This document shows, piece by piece, positions 17,076-27,101 of a stretch of DNA of 64,000 nucleotides. Position 1 is the first letter of the stretch. Each line of letters opens with the position of its first letter. Under the pieces are notes generated by a model that saw only the letters and a program-made list of their open reading frames with translations, was not told the origin of the DNA and searched no databases. The position numbers were made by a program, and so were the translations under genes. Source of the DNA: an uncultured Chloroflexia bacterium (lineage in GTDB: Bacteria; Chloroflexota; Anaerolineae; JAAYZQ01); NCBI GenBank assembly GCA_963700285.1, contig CAVOXA010000001.1, positions 672,001 through 736,000 on the forward strand, read 5' to 3'.

Positions 17076-19398
17076 CCTTCCACAGGCCGTCCCGTAGCTG
17101 CACGCCGAAGCGAGCTAGGCTTTCCTTCGCCTCCGCCAGCCTGTCTGTTGGGACGACGGCCAGCGTACGATGGGCCGCCGGGAAGGGGGTGAGAAGCTGC
17201 TGCAGGTCGGCATTCTCTCGCAACTCATCCAGGGCGCCCGGATCGCTGAATTCGATGAGTGAAAGGGTTTCCACTGCGGCATTGCCATAGTAGCCGCCCC
17301 AGGCTTTGACTTGATCGACAAGGCCCCCGGGCAGCGTCCCCCGGTGCAGTTTGCCCAATTCGTCCAGTAGGCGGGTCGCTTTGATTTTGTTCCCTGCGGC
17401 GCGGCGCACGGACCTGGGACTTAGCTTCCACATACCATCAGGCGTCTCTTTGGCCAGCCTCGAGAGCCTGCCGCGTAGATGCAGGCTGGGGCAAGCGTGG
17501 ATGGGGCGGATCGTTCCATCTTCCTCAACGATGACGCTGTCATCCGCCGACTCTGGCTCGGCGCCGGTGACTGCTGGAAACAGTCCCTGGCCAACCAGTT
17601 GCGCTATCAGCGCTTCCTCGCCACCCGCCTTGAGCAGCGCCACTTGTTTTGACAGCCTGCGGGCCATGTGCTTGCTTAGCTGAGGATCAGCCACCAGTCT
17701 GCCGAGCAGATCGCCATCGACCGCCTGAAGAAGGCTGACGCCGGTACGGAACACGATCCGTTCGTGCTGTGCGCCCCACTCTTTCAGAGATCGCAGCACG
17801 TTCTGCGGCAGAGTTGCGCCGATTTTCTGCTCCAAAAAGTGGAGTATTTGTGTCGTCTCCATGCCCAATTGTTGGGCGCGGTAGACTGAATCCCGCGACA
17901 GGCGGTATTCAAAGGCGCCCCGGTCAGCCTGCTCTCTGTCGGCGAACGAGTCCAGGCGTGCCAGCCATTCCAGGGGGACCGGACCAATGGCTATCACCTG
18001 GAAGTTGGGCTGGAGCACCAGCCTGCCCGTGCCCTCCTCAGGAAGGGCAGCCGGGGTTCGTGCTTCTGTGGCAGACAGTACTTCCTTGCCTGCCCGAGTC
18101 AAGCGAAATGCCTGCCACTGGCCCAGGTGGTAGCCTAGGTCGACGAGGCCAAGTTGGTGCAGAACCCCGGTGACCGCGCTTTCTACAAAACTCTTCTCAA
18201 AGCCGTTGAGCTTTCGGATCAACTCCTGGGTCGAGCCATAGTAGTAGGAACCGCTGTGACCATAATACCAGTTGCCTCGGTACGTCTCAAGATTGAGGCG
18301 ATTGGCAAACAAGAAATCTGGGTCCTGGTCTTGGATCGTCTCTAGGATATTATCCAATTCGTGCCAGACGCCAGGTGGCTGCGGCCGGAGGCAGGCCAGC
18401 AGGCTTTCCTTCGCGTGGCGGGGGCGGGGGTCATAGTCAGCCGCCCCTCTTAACCAAGGTTCTGCCACGCCAAGCTGTGACCACGCATCCAGACAGGCGG
18501 CCAACTGCCTGGATAGCGACCAACTCCAGTAAGGAGGTACTCCTACAGGGTCCTCATCGGCTGGACGTAACTGGCCCTCTTGTCTGCGTACCAGATCCAA
18601 TTTCTCCAGGAGCAAGCGGAGCAGGTACAGCCGACCGGTCTCGTCCTCGCGCTTGGCGTCGTCCACTAGAGGATCGGGCAGCAGCAGAGTCTGGTTGATC
18701 GCCTTGAGCCAGCGTTTGCCTACGAGACCACCTTTGAGTAGGGACACCTCGTGACGCCGTACAAAGTCCCAGTAAAGGTACAGGTCCCGCAGCAACAGGG
18801 CCGCATCGCCGCTCTGTACCTCAGTCGGGTGCCAGTCGGGTGCCTGCGGTGGAATCGGCTCCGGCTGCGGCAAGGTCTTTCGGATGATTTCGGGTATATG
18901 CAGCGTTTTGCCGGGATGGAATTGGAGTTTGTAGGACGTGCCGCTGCTGGAAAAGGACTCTTCCCGGCTGAAGACCAGGCCGCGATAGGTCAGCCGGGCA
19001 ATCACATCTTCAAACACGCGCGAGTCCCCACGATAAGGCTGTCCTGCGTATCCTTCTGCATAGGGCACGCGAAGATAGCTACGGCCATGGCTCTCAGTTC
19101 GAGGTGCAGTAGCCGCTAACCCTGCCCGGATCACCTCGCGCTTCAAAGTCCTCGTCGAGATCGTGCCGCCGTGTAACAGCAACCGATCGAGGACGGCCCG
19201 CTCGCGCTCGTCGAGCCGGTCGAGGGAGTCCCGGATCCGCTCCTCGGCAAAGTACTCAGCCTGCATCTTGGAGAGGACCTCTGATTTTGACAGCTTTTTC
19301 CCTTTTGGGTCTGTGACCCGCAAGCCGGCGGCGTCCGCCATCTCCCACAACGTGGTAGAGTGGTACGCATCAAGAAGGGTCCGGATCTCGTCGGCCAT
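17059..19398 (-). CDS. XPB-associated protein with two Helicase_C_3 (XPB-NTD-like) modules
   Basis: LVLQPNFQV...YRLSRDSV...LPQNVLRSLKEW, and a second copy VIVEEDGTI...WKLSPRSV...LVDQVKAW. Confidence 0.8.
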   Translation of the reverse strand: MADEIRTLLDAYHSTTLWEMADAAGLRVTDPKGKKLSKSEVLSKMQAEYFAEERIRDSLDRLDERERAVLDRLLLHGGTISTRTLKREVIRAGLAATAPRTESHGRSYLRVPYAEGYAGQPYRGDSRVFEDVIARLTYRGLVFSREESFSSSGTSYKLQFHPGKTLHIPEIIRKTLPQPEPIPPQAPDWHPTEVQSGDAALLLRDLYLYWDFVRRHEVSLLKGGLVGKRWLKAINQTLLLPDPLVDDAKREDETGRLYLLRLLLEKLDLVRRQEGQLRPADEDPVGVPPYWSWSLSRQLAACLDAWSQLGVAEPWLRGAADYDPRPRHAKESLLACLRPQPPGVWHELDNILETIQDQDPDFLFANRLNLETYRGNWYYGHSGSYYYGSTQELIRKLNGFEKSFVESAVTGVLHQLGLVDLGYHLGQWQAFRLTRAGKEVLSATEARTPAALPEEGTGRLVLQPNFQVIAIGPVPLEWLARLDSFADREQADRGAFEYRLSRDSVYRAQQLGMETTQILHFLEQKIGATLPQNVLRSLKEWGAQHERIVFRTGVSLLQAVDGDLLGRLVADPQLSKHMARRLSKQVALLKAGGEEALIAQLVGQGLFPAVTGAEPESADDSVIVEEDGTIRPIHACPSLHLRGRLSRLAKETPDGMWKLSPRSVRRAAGNKIKATRLLDELGKLHRGTLPGGLVDQVKAWGGYYGNAAVETLSLIEFSDPGALDELRENADLQQLLTPFPAAHRTLAVVPTDRLAEAKESLARFGVQLRDGLWKDGGSR

Positions 19399-19399
19399 G

Positions 19400-21739
19400 T
19401 CACACCTGGTCGGTCTGCTTGGGAGTGTAGCCGGCCTTTTCCAGCTCGGCCCGCAGAGGATCCACGGCATGAGGGCTGATGATTACCAGCCGGGGCGACA
19501 TTTCGGCGATCAGGTACTTGTCCAGCGACGTTACCGCCTTCGCCTCAGCCAGGGCATAGTCATCGCCGAACTCGATCACCGTAAGGCCTTTGTAGATGCG
19601 AACCTGACCGTAGGCCTGCCACCATGACGCTAGTTGGCTGCGGATGGCGTCGGGCATCGGAACCTGTAGGAATTGCTCCCAGCCATCCAGGATCTCGGAC
19701 AGGGCGGTGCCACTCTCGAAGGCTTCGTAGGCGGCCTGGGCATCCAGCCGATACTCAAAGTAATCGGCTTCAGCGATCGTTAGGCGAGCGATCTTGTCCA
19801 GCAGGCTGTGAGCCTGGGCGCTAACAGCCGAGGGCCTAAGGGTGACACAGAGTCCGTCCGCATTTACCGCTCCAGCCCCTGGTACAGCCGGGACCTGATC
19901 GACAGCGTGCCGTGGTGGGGGAACGGACTCTGTACGATCCAGATACAGTTCGCCCAGGCCCTGAAGGCGAAAGGCTGCCAGTTCCCCGCCTTCGAAGAAA
20001 AGGTCGGCCAATCCCAGCCAGTGCAAGGGTCCAGCGATGATCTGCCGGACAAAGTTCCCCTGGGCCAGGTCCCAGTGTTGTACGTTGCCCTGAAGCAAGG
20101 GTTGCCCATCCCTGGTCAGCAACCAGGCGCCTGCGCGCTGGCGTTGGGGGATCGAATAGGCCCGATAGTAGGGATCCTGTACCGTCTGATCAAACCTGGG
20201 CCAGATGGTGCGCAGTAGCTGGAACAGGTCCTTCAGAGCCACCCATTCTCCGTCTGGCAGGGTAGCCAGCGTACGAAGGACCAGTTGGCGAAACTCGACC
20301 AGATCCTTCCCCAAATTCATGGGCTTGTAGTACAAGTAATGGCAGGTACGCACGAAGTGTAGGGGCTTAACCGTCCGCAGTACCTCCCACAGCGCGCTCC
20401 AGTTCCACATGGTCAGGTAGATCCGGGCCAGAAGGGCCCGCTGGGCCAGTTCATCTAGGCGCAGGAACTGGGCCTTCACCTCGGGCCAGACGGTCGTTGG
20501 GCTGCCGGGTTGAAACACGCCCGTCGCTGCCAATAGGGAAAAGACAAACTCCAGGCGTGCTTCCCCATCGTCTCGCCCGCACTCGGCTCCGGCGGCCAGG
20601 GGAGCCAGGCGTACGATTGCCTCGTCGGGCAGGGAACGCCCTGGTGGTGGGAGCGTGAGCGTCAAGTCCGCACGATTCCTGATCTGCCCGCTCTTTTGCA
20701 TCTGCGCGAGTTCGACCGGGTCATAGTCCCACCCCTCTAGATCGGGGAGAAACCGTTCCAGGCGGGGGCGGGGCATGGGCGGCCGCAAGCGTACAGGCTG
20801 TTGCTCCAGCAAGACCGCGATCTGGTTGGTGGTACGGACCAGGGCGTAAGGATCAGCCAGGCAAAGTCCTGTCCCGGCAGACTCTGTAGGCAGATTGGTC
20901 GTCATCTCCCCTAATAGGGGGGGGAAATGGCGGACAAGGGCAAAGGGAATGAAATCCTCCTTGTCGCCATACGCATCTCTGGCATAGCCGGGCAGCGCCA
21001 AGCCCGTTTCCCACAGATGGCGCGTAAAGGTGGGGGCCACCTTGTGGTTCCCAGGCGCTCTCCATGCTCTGGCTATTTCCTCCAGGTCTTCGGCTCGTAC
21101 CCCAAAGCTCCCACTCAGGAGGAGCATTGCCCGGAGCATCAGCCGATGTTCCTCAGGCAGGTCCTGGATGGCCTGGGCGATCTCTTCAGGGTTGACAATG
21201 TACTTGGCAACCTGCTGTATAATATCCGCCTTGCGCGTCCCCTTCAGCCGCCAACCCCGGTTCTTGGCCATCCGACGCAGATCCTGAAGCTTTACCTGGG
21301 AGAGCCATGCTTCCAACTGCTCTTGATAGACGCGCTGGCGCTCTTCCCAGGACACTGCAATCCAGCTGGGTGTTTCTTCAGGACGATAGGTGGGTAGGGG
21401 ATCAACTGCTGTGACTTCGATAGGGTATTCTTTGGAAAGGGGCACAGCACCTTTCGGAACAAACTCCTCCGGCGTCGATATCCACTTGAGCAGGACTGCG
21501 CCCACGTGCTTGCAGTAGCCGCTCCAATCATAGGGGCAGGTGCAACGTGCGTCAATGCCGCCCGCCCCGACCTCGATTTCCACTTCGTACAGTCGGCTAC
21601 CGCGCACCAGGGCAGTGAGGGTCTGGCCCACACGCACCGGATTCCGAACCCGGGCTACGTAGCCTTGGGCCCGGCGCAGGCTCTTGGCGTTCAGTGGACC
21701 GCGAATGTCGGCCTCTCTGAGAGTTTCCAAAGTAGGCAA
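19400..21739 (-). CDS. SWIM zinc finger + SAP/HeH-like + Helicase_C_3 domain protein
   Basis: CTCPY..YCKH (SWIM); LQDLRRMAKNRGWRLKGTRKADII; C-terminal YRLDAQA...MPDAIRSQLASW. Confidence 0.8.
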   Translation of the reverse strand: MPTLETLREADIRGPLNAKSLRRAQGYVARVRNPVRVGQTLTALVRGSRLYEVEIEVGAGGIDARCTCPYDWSGYCKHVGAVLLKWISTPEEFVPKGAVPLSKEYPIEVTAVDPLPTYRPEETPSWIAVSWEERQRVYQEQLEAWLSQVKLQDLRRMAKNRGWRLKGTRKADIIQQVAKYIVNPEEIAQAIQDLPEEHRLMLRAMLLLSGSFGVRAEDLEEIARAWRAPGNHKVAPTFTRHLWETGLALPGYARDAYGDKEDFIPFALVRHFPPLLGEMTTNLPTESAGTGLCLADPYALVRTTNQIAVLLEQQPVRLRPPMPRPRLERFLPDLEGWDYDPVELAQMQKSGQIRNRADLTLTLPPPGRSLPDEAIVRLAPLAAGAECGRDDGEARLEFVFSLLAATGVFQPGSPTTVWPEVKAQFLRLDELAQRALLARIYLTMWNWSALWEVLRTVKPLHFVRTCHYLYYKPMNLGKDLVEFRQLVLRTLATLPDGEWVALKDLFQLLRTIWPRFDQTVQDPYYRAYSIPQRQRAGAWLLTRDGQPLLQGNVQHWDLAQGNFVRQIIAGPLHWLGLADLFFEGGELAAFRLQGLGELYLDRTESVPPPRHAVDQVPAVPGAGAVNADGLCVTLRPSAVSAQAHSLLDKIARLTIAEADYFEYRLDAQAAYEAFESGTALSEILDGWEQFLQVPMPDAIRSQLASWWQAYGQVRIYKGLTVIEFGDDYALAEAKAVTSLDKYLIAEMSPRLVIISPHAVDPLRAELEKAGYTPKQTDQV

Positions 21740-21743
21740 GGTA

Positions 21744-23546
21744 CTACACTCCGCCTGTCGTGAGCCTGGGATGTGGATCAGTTGCGAAAGACTCGGACTC
21801 GACTAGCTCGCCTGCAATCGTCGCTGGTTCATAGTCCGCCACCTCGTCGTCGTAGAGGATGGTGTAGCGGTAGCCCTGTTCGGTGAGAAAGAGCTGGCGA
21901 TTGGCGCTATAGTCCTGGTCGATGGTAGTCCTTGCTGACCAGCGTGTAAAAGTGGGCCAGCAACCCATTGTGCTTGGGGCGCAAGATGCGGCCCAGACGC
22001 TGAGCCTCCTCCTGGCGGCTGCCAAAGGTCCCGCTGATCTGGATCATGACGCTGGCATCGGGCAAGGTCAATGGCGAAATTTCCTACTTTGGAGACGATC
22101 AACCGGCTCAAAGTTCCCTCTCGAAACTCCTGATAGAGCTTGCGCCGCTCAATCACTGCCGTCTTGCCGGTGATGACCGGATATCCGTACTTTTCGGCCA
22201 CTTGCTGGAGTTGTTCCAGGTACATGCCGATGATGAGCACCTGGTCGTCCGGATGCTTGGCCAACAGCTGGTCCAACACCTCGAATTTGCGCGGGTTCTC
22301 AGCGGCGACCCGGTACTTTTGCCTCGGCTCGGCCAGGGCATAGTCCATCCGTAGTTCGGGGGACATCGGGATGCGGATCTCAGTCACCTCGGCGGTGGCG
22401 ATCCAGCCCTGTTTCTCCAGGTCTTTCCAGGGCACATCGTACTTCTTTGGGACCGATGAGCGAGAACACGTCGGTCTCCCGGCCATCCTCCCGTACCAGC
22501 GTGGCCGTCAGCCCCAGACGGCGGCGCGCTTGGAGTTCGGCCGTGATGCGAAAGACAGGGGCGGGCAGCAGATGCACCTCATCGTAGATGATCAGGCCCC
22601 AGTCCCGCTCGTTAAAGAGCCCAAAGTGGGGGAACTGCTCAAGCAGAGGTACGCCAGGTTTCTGTGTGCCGCGCTTGCGGTAGGTCATCGTCTGGTAGGT
22701 CGAGATGGTCACCGGCCGGATCTCCTTGCGATGACCCGTATATTCGCCGATCTGATCCTCGGTCAGCATTGTTTTGTCCAGCAGTTCGTCGATCCACTGT
22801 CGCACGGCGACAGTGTTGGGTGAGAGGATCAGGGTGTTGCACTGCATTTGCTCCATGGCCGCCATGCCGACCATCGTCTTGCCCGCCCCGCAGGGGAGCA
22901 CGATCGACGCCCGAGCCGCCCTGGGCTGCGCCATCAGCATAGTAGATTTCGGCTGCTTCCTGCTGGTAGGCTCGCAGCGCAAAGGGTACTCGGCGCCAGA
23001 CGATATCGGTCGCAGGCGGATCTCCAGCCCTTCGCCATCTACATAGCCAACCAGGTCCTCGGCCGGGTAGCCGATTTCGACCAGGGCATGTTTGATGTGG
23101 CCCCGCTGGGCCGGATCCACGCGCAAGGTGAAAGCATCGATGGGGGCCAGGATGTAGGGGGCGAGGCGCTTGTGCCGGGCCAGTTCGGTGACAATCAGCC
23201 TCCTCATCAGAGACAAGTACCAGATCGCCATCCTGCCGCATCAGCTTGACCCGGCCATAGCGCGAGATATAGTCGACAATGTCGACCCGTACGTTGCCGG
23301 GGACAGGGTATTTGCTGTATCGCTCCAACCCCTCCAGGATGGCCTGTCCGCGGCCAGCCCGGCAGATGCCGCGTTCCAGAGCGAGAGCGGCGTGATCCGA
23401 TAGGTGTGAACGTATTCGGGGCTTTTTTCCAGTTCCGCAAAGCGAGCCAGCACGTCTCGCGCATTCTGATAGAGGTCGTTGTCGACCTCCAGCAGGACGC
23501 TCTTGTCTCCCTGGACGATAAGTGGATTCTCTGGATTATAGGTCAT
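21744..23546 (-). CDS. xpb: DNA repair helicase XPB (Ssl2/Rad25 family), split by ~7 frameshifts
   Basis: Motifs spread over several frames: [80 protein letters not shown]. Confidence 0.92.
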
Positions 23547-23700
23547 GTTGAAAAGTCACTGGCAAAAAGGCTGACTTGTAATCATAGCGCAAAACCGGGC
23601 CGGTGGCAAATGTGCTTGTCCACGAATCTGAAGGCTGTAACAGGGGCGCGTGGTTGGGGCAGGACTCGTGTCGTCATCCGGGCCATCGAGGGAAAGGGAA

Positions 23701-23729
23701 TTGACGCTTGGGCTTATGCGGACTATACT
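23701..23729 (+). promoter_or_regulatory. sigma70-type promoter of the RNB gene
   Basis: TTGACG-17bp-TATACT. Confidence 0.6.
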
Positions 23730-23792
23730 GGCCTTGGTCTGTCTGTATCCCAGGGCAGAGGATCATATTCTACCCACGGAGTCACGTCCTCT

Positions 23793-25613
23793 ATGCCAGA
23801 ATTGATGCCCCGCCAGGATAGCCTTGTACTGTACAAAACGCGCCCGGCTCGAGTCATACGTGCCGGAAAAAAGCTCGAGATCGAGTTGGGTGGGGGTGAG
23901 ACGCTAAAGGTCCGCCTCAAAGACGTTGAGGTATTGCACCCGGGTCCGATGGGCGATCTAGACCAACTTCAGCCGCAAACGGGAGAGGTAGAGACGGCCT
24001 GGGAGCTACTGGCCGGGGCCAAGACTGATCTGGCCGAGCTGGCTGAGCTGGCCTTCGGCGACTATACTCCGGCCAGTGCCTGGGCGGCCTGGCAACTGGT
24101 GGCCGAAGGACTTTTTTTCCACGGAAGTCCTGGAGCGATCGTGGCCCATTCACCGGAGGATGTGGCCCGCGAGCAGGCGGCCCGACAGGCCCGGGAGGCG
24201 GAGGAGCAGGCATGGCAGGGATTCCTCACTCGATTGCGCACCAGAAACGTCGGGCCCGAGGACGGACGCTACCTGAGGGAAGTGGAGGAAATCGCCCTCA
24301 AGCAGAGGGCCAAGAGTCGCGTGCTGCGGGAGTTGGGGCGCGCCGAAAGCCCAGAGGTAGCCCACGCTCTCTTGCTCGAGGTGGGCTACTGGGAGGTTAC
24401 AAGAGATCCCTACCCCCGGCGGCTTGGCCTGCCCGAGTCTGTGGTATCTCTGGAACTCCCAGATCTCGCCAAAGAAGACCGGGTCGATCTGGCCCATCTG
24501 CCAGCCTTTGCCATCGACGATGAGGGCAACCAGGAGCCGGATGACGCGCTGAGCTTGGAGGGGGACCGCCTGTGGGTTCACGTGGCCGACGTGGCGGCCC
24601 TGGTAGGCCCTGGCAGTGAGATTGATCTGGAAGCCCGGGCTCGAGGGGCGACTCTGTACCTGCCTGAGAAGACAGTACCCATGTTGCCCATGCAGGCCAT
24701 CGAGACTTTGGGGCTCGGCTTGGCAAAAGTATCCCCGGCCCTGTCCATCGGCCTGGATCTGAGTTCCAGGGGTGAAATCGGTTCCGTCGAGGTAGTGCGA
24801 AGCTGGGTCCAGGTCACACGTCTGTCCTACCGTGAGGCCGACAGCCGGCTGGACGAGGAACCCCTGAAAAGCCTGCACTCCCTGGCGCAAAGGAACGAGG
24901 CGCGGCGGTTGAAGCAGGGTGCCATAGCTCTCAACCTTCCCGAGGTCAAGGTGCAGGTCGAGGGGGAGGCTGTGAGCATCCACCCCCTGCCCCCACTCAG
25001 GAGTCGGGATCTGGTGACGGAGGCGATGCTTCTGGCGGGAGAGGCCATCGCCCAGTTTGCAGCAGAGAGGGCTATCCCCATCCCGTACGTTACGCAAGAT
25101 CCACCGTATTCCGACGAAAGGCCTCAGGACCTCGCCGGGATGTACGCACTGCGGCGCGCCTTCAGACCCAGCCAGCCCAGTACGGTGCCCGGGCACCACG
25201 CCGGGTTGGGCCTGGAAACCTATGTCCAGGCCACCAGCCCTCTGAGGCGCTACCTGGATCTGGTTGTACACCAGCAGTTGCGGGCCTATCTGCGGCACGA
25301 AAGGCTGCTGGACGCCCAGGAGATCCTGGAGCGGGTGGGAGCAACTGCGGCAGTGGCTGGCAGCGTGCGTCAAGCCGAGCGGCTGGCCAGGCGGCATTGG
25401 ACACTGGTCTACCTGATGCAGCGGCCAGGCTGGCGCGGGGAAGGGATCCTGGTAGAGCAGCGTGGTTCCCAGGGCACGGTACTCATCACCCAGCTAGATC
25501 TTGATGCCCAGGTACACTTGCGCCAGGACCTGCCTCTGAACAGCCCCGTCGATCTGGTTCTGGCCGAGGTCAAGCTGGCGGAGCTTGCAGCCCACTTTCA
25601 GGTCGTGCGCTGA
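23793..25613 (+). CDS. RNB-domain ribonuclease (RNase II/R family)
   Basis: AIDDEGNQEPDDALS, VHVADV, RGATLYLP, LVTEAM, HAGLG, TSPLRRYLDL. Confidence 0.92.
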   Translation: MPELMPRQDSLVLYKTRPARVIRAGKKLEIELGGGETLKVRLKDVEVLHPGPMGDLDQLQPQTGEVETAWELLAGAKTDLAELAELAFGDYTPASAWAAWQLVAEGLFFHGSPGAIVAHSPEDVAREQAARQAREAEEQAWQGFLTRLRTRNVGPEDGRYLREVEEIALKQRAKSRVLRELGRAESPEVAHALLLEVGYWEVTRDPYPRRLGLPESVVSLELPDLAKEDRVDLAHLPAFAIDDEGNQEPDDALSLEGDRLWVHVADVAALVGPGSEIDLEARARGATLYLPEKTVPMLPMQAIETLGLGLAKVSPALSIGLDLSSRGEIGSVEVVRSWVQVTRLSYREADSRLDEEPLKSLHSLAQRNEARRLKQGAIALNLPEVKVQVEGEAVSIHPLPPLRSRDLVTEAMLLAGEAIAQFAAERAIPIPYVTQDPPYSDERPQDLAGMYALRRAFRPSQPSTVPGHHAGLGLETYVQATSPLRRYLDLVVHQQLRAYLRHERLLDAQEILERVGATAAVAGSVRQAERLARRHWTLVYLMQRPGWRGEGILVEQRGSQGTVLITQLDLDAQVHLRQDLPLNSPVDLVLAEVKLAELAAHFQVVR

Positions 25614-25652
25614 CAGTTGATTCGAATGGAATAACCATACTTGGTGGAAAAG

Positions 25653-25685
25653 AAAAAGGACCTCCTGCCAAAGGAGGTCCTTTTT
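25653..25685. terminator. Bidirectional intrinsic terminator between the RNB gene and the tRNAs
   Basis: AAAAAGGACCTCCT-gccaa-AGGAGGTCCTTTTT perfect inverted repeat. Confidence 0.85.
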
Positions 25686-25759
25686 GGTGGCGAGGGCGGG
25701 ATTTGAACCCACAACCAAGGGCTTATGAGTCCCCTGCTCTTCCATTGAGCTACCTCGCC
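25685..25759 (-). tRNA. tRNA with CAT anticodon, probably elongator tRNA-Met (Ile2 not excluded)
   Basis: GGCGAGGTAGCTCAATGGAAGAGCAGGGGACTCATAAGCCCTTGGTTGTGGGTTCAAATCCCGCCCTCGCCACCA; cloverleaf with encoded CCA. Confidence 0.92.
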
Positions 25760-25836
25760 GTCTACTTATGGTCAAAGGCAGATAGTGCTTCGCACTACCT
25801 GCCAGGATAGTGCCCACTATCTGCCGTCACTCCAGG

Positions 25837-25908
25837 TAGCGGGGGGAGGATTCGAACCTCCGACCTTTGGGTTATGAGCCCAACGAGCTGCCTCTGCTCC
25901 ACCCCGCA
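25837..25908 (-). tRNA. Initiator tRNA-fMet(CAT)
   Basis: TGCGGGGTGGAGCAG...TTGGGCTCATAACCCAA...GGTTCGAATCC...CCCCGCTA; three consecutive G-C pairs in the anticodon stem, unpaired 1:72, CCA not fully encoded. Confidence 0.93.
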
Positions 25909-25919
25909 TCGTCGGAGAG

Positions 25920-25948
25920 ATTATACTGAATTTCTTGCAGCCCGTCAA
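25920..25948 (-). promoter_or_regulatory. Strong sigma70 promoter of the tRNA operon
   Basis: TTGACG-17bp-TATAAT, 11 bp upstream of the tRNA 5' end. Confidence 0.85.
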
Positions 25949-25982
25949 CTTTGGGGACGGCCAAGACACGGGACGGTGGGGG

Positions 25983-27101
25983 CTAGCCCATGCCAGCCAG
26001 CGTCACCACAGTTACAAACAACCAGATCGTAAAAGCCCCAACAAGAGCGGCGGTGCCGCCAAGGCCCAATCGCATCCATACAAGACGGGCCGCGGCCGGG
26101 TCGAGAGGGAGCGGCGTGTCTCTGGCAGTATCTGCCATCTGCCCTGGTTCCAGCGGTGGCGGCACAGGTCCCTGGTCTGCTGTCGGGTCCTGCCTGGCCT
26201 GAGCCAACTCGCGCAAACGAAGGCTAGCCTGCGTTCGTACCTCAGGGGAACCGCTGCACCTCACCGCAGCCGTGAAGGCACTCGTGGCCAGGGGTAAACG
26301 GCCCCTGGCCCAGTAGACCAGGCCCTGGTTGTAGTAGGCCAGGGCAAAATCCTCATCCTGAGCTAGCGCTTGCCGATAGCGAGCGATGGCCTCATCCAGT
26401 TGGCCTTCCTTTTGATACTCCAGTCCGATGTCAAAGTGAATCTGCGCGGGGCTCTGGGGGAGGGGATCGCTGCCGGTTGAACCCGGGACTGGTTCTGGTT
26501 CGTCTTCAGTCTCAGGCCTCCGAGAACCGCGAAGCATGCCTACCAGGCTCATCACTGCCCGGAAACCGTCCAGCGGGGGCAATGGCAGCAGGTTAAAGAA
26601 GGCCAGCAACAGGTTCACCATGATCATGTAGTAGGTAAAGGCCACCACAAATCCTTGGGCGTCCGGCCCAGGCTGCTCATAGATCAGATATTGCATGACA
26701 TCAAAGGGGGCGGCTCCGGTCGCCGTCCAGACGACCGTCACCGTTGCTGCCATCCCAAAAAGGACCAGCAAAGCGGTAAGGATGTTGGCGGCAGGCCCGG
26801 CAATGGCAACCAGAAAGACACCGAATTCCTGATTCTTGATGCGCAGCCGGTTTTGGTCGACCCACACCGGTTTGGCCCAGCCAAAACCCACCAACAGAAA
26901 GGCGATCATGCCTACCCAAGAAACGTGGCGTAGGGGATTAAAGCTCAGGCGTTTGCGTTCCACCTGGGTGGTGTCGCCCAGCAGAAAGGCCACCAGGGCG
27001 TGAGCCAGTTCGTGCACCGTGAAGCCGACAAAGAGGGCAGGGAGGAGGAGTAGGGTAGACCAGGTGGGCGGCCAGTTTACGAGATTGCCCATATTCCTCA
27101 C
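25983..27101 (-). CDS. Site-2 protease (M50) fused to TPR repeats and a C-terminal TM helix
   Basis: HELAH, NPLRH, GWAKPV, AIAGPAAN, NLLPLPPLDG; TPR 'GQLDEAIARYRQAL...AYYNQG'. Confidence 0.88.
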   Translation of the reverse strand: MRNMGNLVNWPPTWSTLLLLPALFVGFTVHELAHALVAFLLGDTTQVERKRLSFNPLRHVSWVGMIAFLLVGFGWAKPVWVDQNRLRIKNQEFGVFLVAIAGPAANILTALLVLFGMAATVTVVWTATGAAPFDVMQYLIYEQPGPDAQGFVVAFTYYMIMVNLLLAFFNLLPLPPLDGFRAVMSLVGMLRGSRRPETEDEPEPVPGSTGSDPLPQSPAQIHFDIGLEYQKEGQLDEAIARYRQALAQDEDFALAYYNQGLVYWARGRLPLATSAFTAAVRCSGSPEVRTQASLRLRELAQARQDPTADQGPVPPPLEPGQMADTARDTPLPLDPAAARLVWMRLGLGGTAALVGAFTIWLFVTVVTLAGMG

